The notes below the pieces were generated by a model. It was not told the origin of the DNA. It saw only the letters and a list, made by a program, of their open reading frames with translations, and searched no databases. From the NCBI GenBank assembly GCA_963765895.1, contig CAVXZB010000019.1, positions 32,001 to 96,000 on the forward strand: DNA of 64,000 nt, written 5' to 3'. Positions within the stretch are counted from its first letter, which is position 1, and each line of letters begins with the position of its first letter. This document shows positions 62,674 to 64,000 of this stretch, one piece after another. This DNA is from an uncultured Nitrososphaeraceae archaeon. Lineage in GTDB: Archaea; Thermoproteota; Nitrososphaeria; Nitrososphaerales; Nitrososphaeraceae. The translations under genes were made by a program, and so were the position numbers.

Positions 62674-63276
62674 TTGGAAACCTCTGGACCATTATCGACT
62701 GGTTATATTTGTTCGCCGCATGAAAGCCATTATGATGAACTAATAGACTGCTGGAAGAAATGCCCAGAAGTAGTCAATATTTATTTCGTAACCGCTACCT
62801 TTTCAGAGGAAATTTTGCCATATTTTCCCAACGAAGCAAATCACTACGTATTGGCCTCTTTTACGAATCTCTCTTCACTACCCGGAATGATAAAAGAAGG
62901 AATTGACAACAAGCTGACTTTTATATTCAACATAAGTAACTCGATATTTGAGAAGGCGTACGATAAACTTAATTATATTTCCATCTATTTTATGAAATAC
63001 TCCTACGGAAGTAATGAGATGAGTGATATAGCTAATATCATCGCCAGACGCGATAGAGTGACCAAAGCCAGTCTAGCAAATATTCAATTACTTAATTCTG
63101 GACATCTCAGGTTTGCTTTCCCGTATTCAAAAAATATTCTTGTTCTTGAAGTCGATGGCGAGAAAACTCACCAAAGCGATCAAAAATATTGTGAACGTAC
63201 TAGAAGGGACGTGGCCAGAAAAGGGATTGCCTTGTCTAATTTAATTAGTTTATCAATTCTAGAGAAGTTAAAGTAG
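62674..63276 (+). CDS. conserved hypothetical protein
   Basis: 200 aa intact ORF in core context. Confidence 0.7.
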   Translation: METSGPLSTGYICSPHESHYDELIDCWKKCPEVVNIYFVTATFSEEILPYFPNEANHYVLASFTNLSSLPGMIKEGIDNKLTFIFNISNSIFEKAYDKLNYISIYFMKYSYGSNEMSDIANIIARRDRVTKASLANIQLLNSGHLRFAFPYSKNILVLEVDGEKTHQSDQKYCERTRRDVARKGIALSNLISLSILEKLK

Positions 63277-63324
63277 AATCAGAACTGTTAAATATGAAAT
63301 CCATGGGCCTAAGCATGATAGACC

Positions 63325-63717
63325 TTGAGTAAACCTATGGATTTAGGCAGTTTGAAGGTTGGATCTTATATCGTTATAGACGGCGAACCCTGTAGGATAG
63401 TTTCATATGATCATAGCAAGCCAGGTAAGCACGGTTCAGCCAAAGCTAGGGTAGCAGCAATTGGGGTCTTCGATGGTTCAAAACATAGCCTAGTGTCTCC
63501 AGTGTCTGCTAATATGGAAGTCCCTTTAATTGACAAACGAAGTGGTCAAGTTATTTCTTTATCAGGTCAAACACTTCAAATAATGGATTTGGAGACATTC
63601 GAGGTATTTGAGACCTCTTCTGTTGAGGAGGAAATTAAGAACAAAATTCGACAAGGTGGAGAAGTAGAATATTGGAAAGTCTTGGAAAGAATAAAAATAG
63701 TAAGGGCGAAGGGCTAA
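63325..63717 (+). CDS. eif5a: translation factor aIF-5A
   Basis: hypusine motif SKPGKHGSAKAR. Confidence 0.97.
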   Translation: MSKPMDLGSLKVGSYIVIDGEPCRIVSYDHSKPGKHGSAKARVAAIGVFDGSKHSLVSPVSANMEVPLIDKRSGQVISLSGQTLQIMDLETFEVFETSSVEEEIKNKIRQGGEVEYWKVLERIKIVRAKG

Positions 63718-63842
63718 TGCACGAGAAAAGATTATTAAATTGTATCAATTGATATGAATATGCTTAACCAAACTTGACTAAAAACCTCCGGGCTTTGTCA
63801 TAAACAGACAGACATATATACCGCAAATAAATATTAAAAACC

Positions 63843-63986
63843 ATGGTGACTGACGGGGATAGAACAGTTCCAGTTTGCTTTTCCTTAGATAATCTAAATA
63901 CTATAAAAGAATATGCTAAAACAAAAGGCATGATTAGTTATGAGCAAGCCATAGACGAACTAGTCAAAAACCTCGAAAAGGGATAA
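63843..63986 (+). CDS. ribbon-helix-helix-like microprotein
   Basis: RTVPVCFSLDNLNTIKEYAKTKGMISYEQAIDELV. Confidence 0.5.
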   Translation: MVTDGDRTVPVCFSLDNLNTIKEYAKTKGMISYEQAIDELVKNLEKG

Positions 63987-64000
63987 TAGGCCGACTACTG

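Overview
AT-rich archaeal DNA. The gene content (rps3ae-DUF54-Rpp30-Pop5, eIF-5A, BHB-intron tRNA, Lrp, standalone receiver, many micro Zn-finger and secreted proteins) points to an ammonia-oxidising archaeon of the Nitrososphaeraceae; this taxonomy is inferred. About 1-57.5 kb is accessory/plastic. It holds four IS5-family copies with TIRs and target duplications, IS and integrase relics, two GC-rich probably acquired genes (LLM oxidoreductase, YncE-like propeller), simple repeats, a protealysin-emfourin pair, a long-form pyruvate kinase, an ATP-dependent ligase, ferritin, hflX, a radical SAM and glycosyltransferases. It also holds a ~4 kb secreted repeat protein with 14 N-glycosylation-sequon repeats and a ~900-residue Ala/Ser/Gly modular silk/antifreeze-like domain. 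From 57.8 kb the DNA is core genome. Many genes, including hemB, lig and hflX, have single-base frameshifts, so uncorrected long-read error is likely and pseudogene status is uncertain throughout. All calls come from motif reading by eye; no searches were run.
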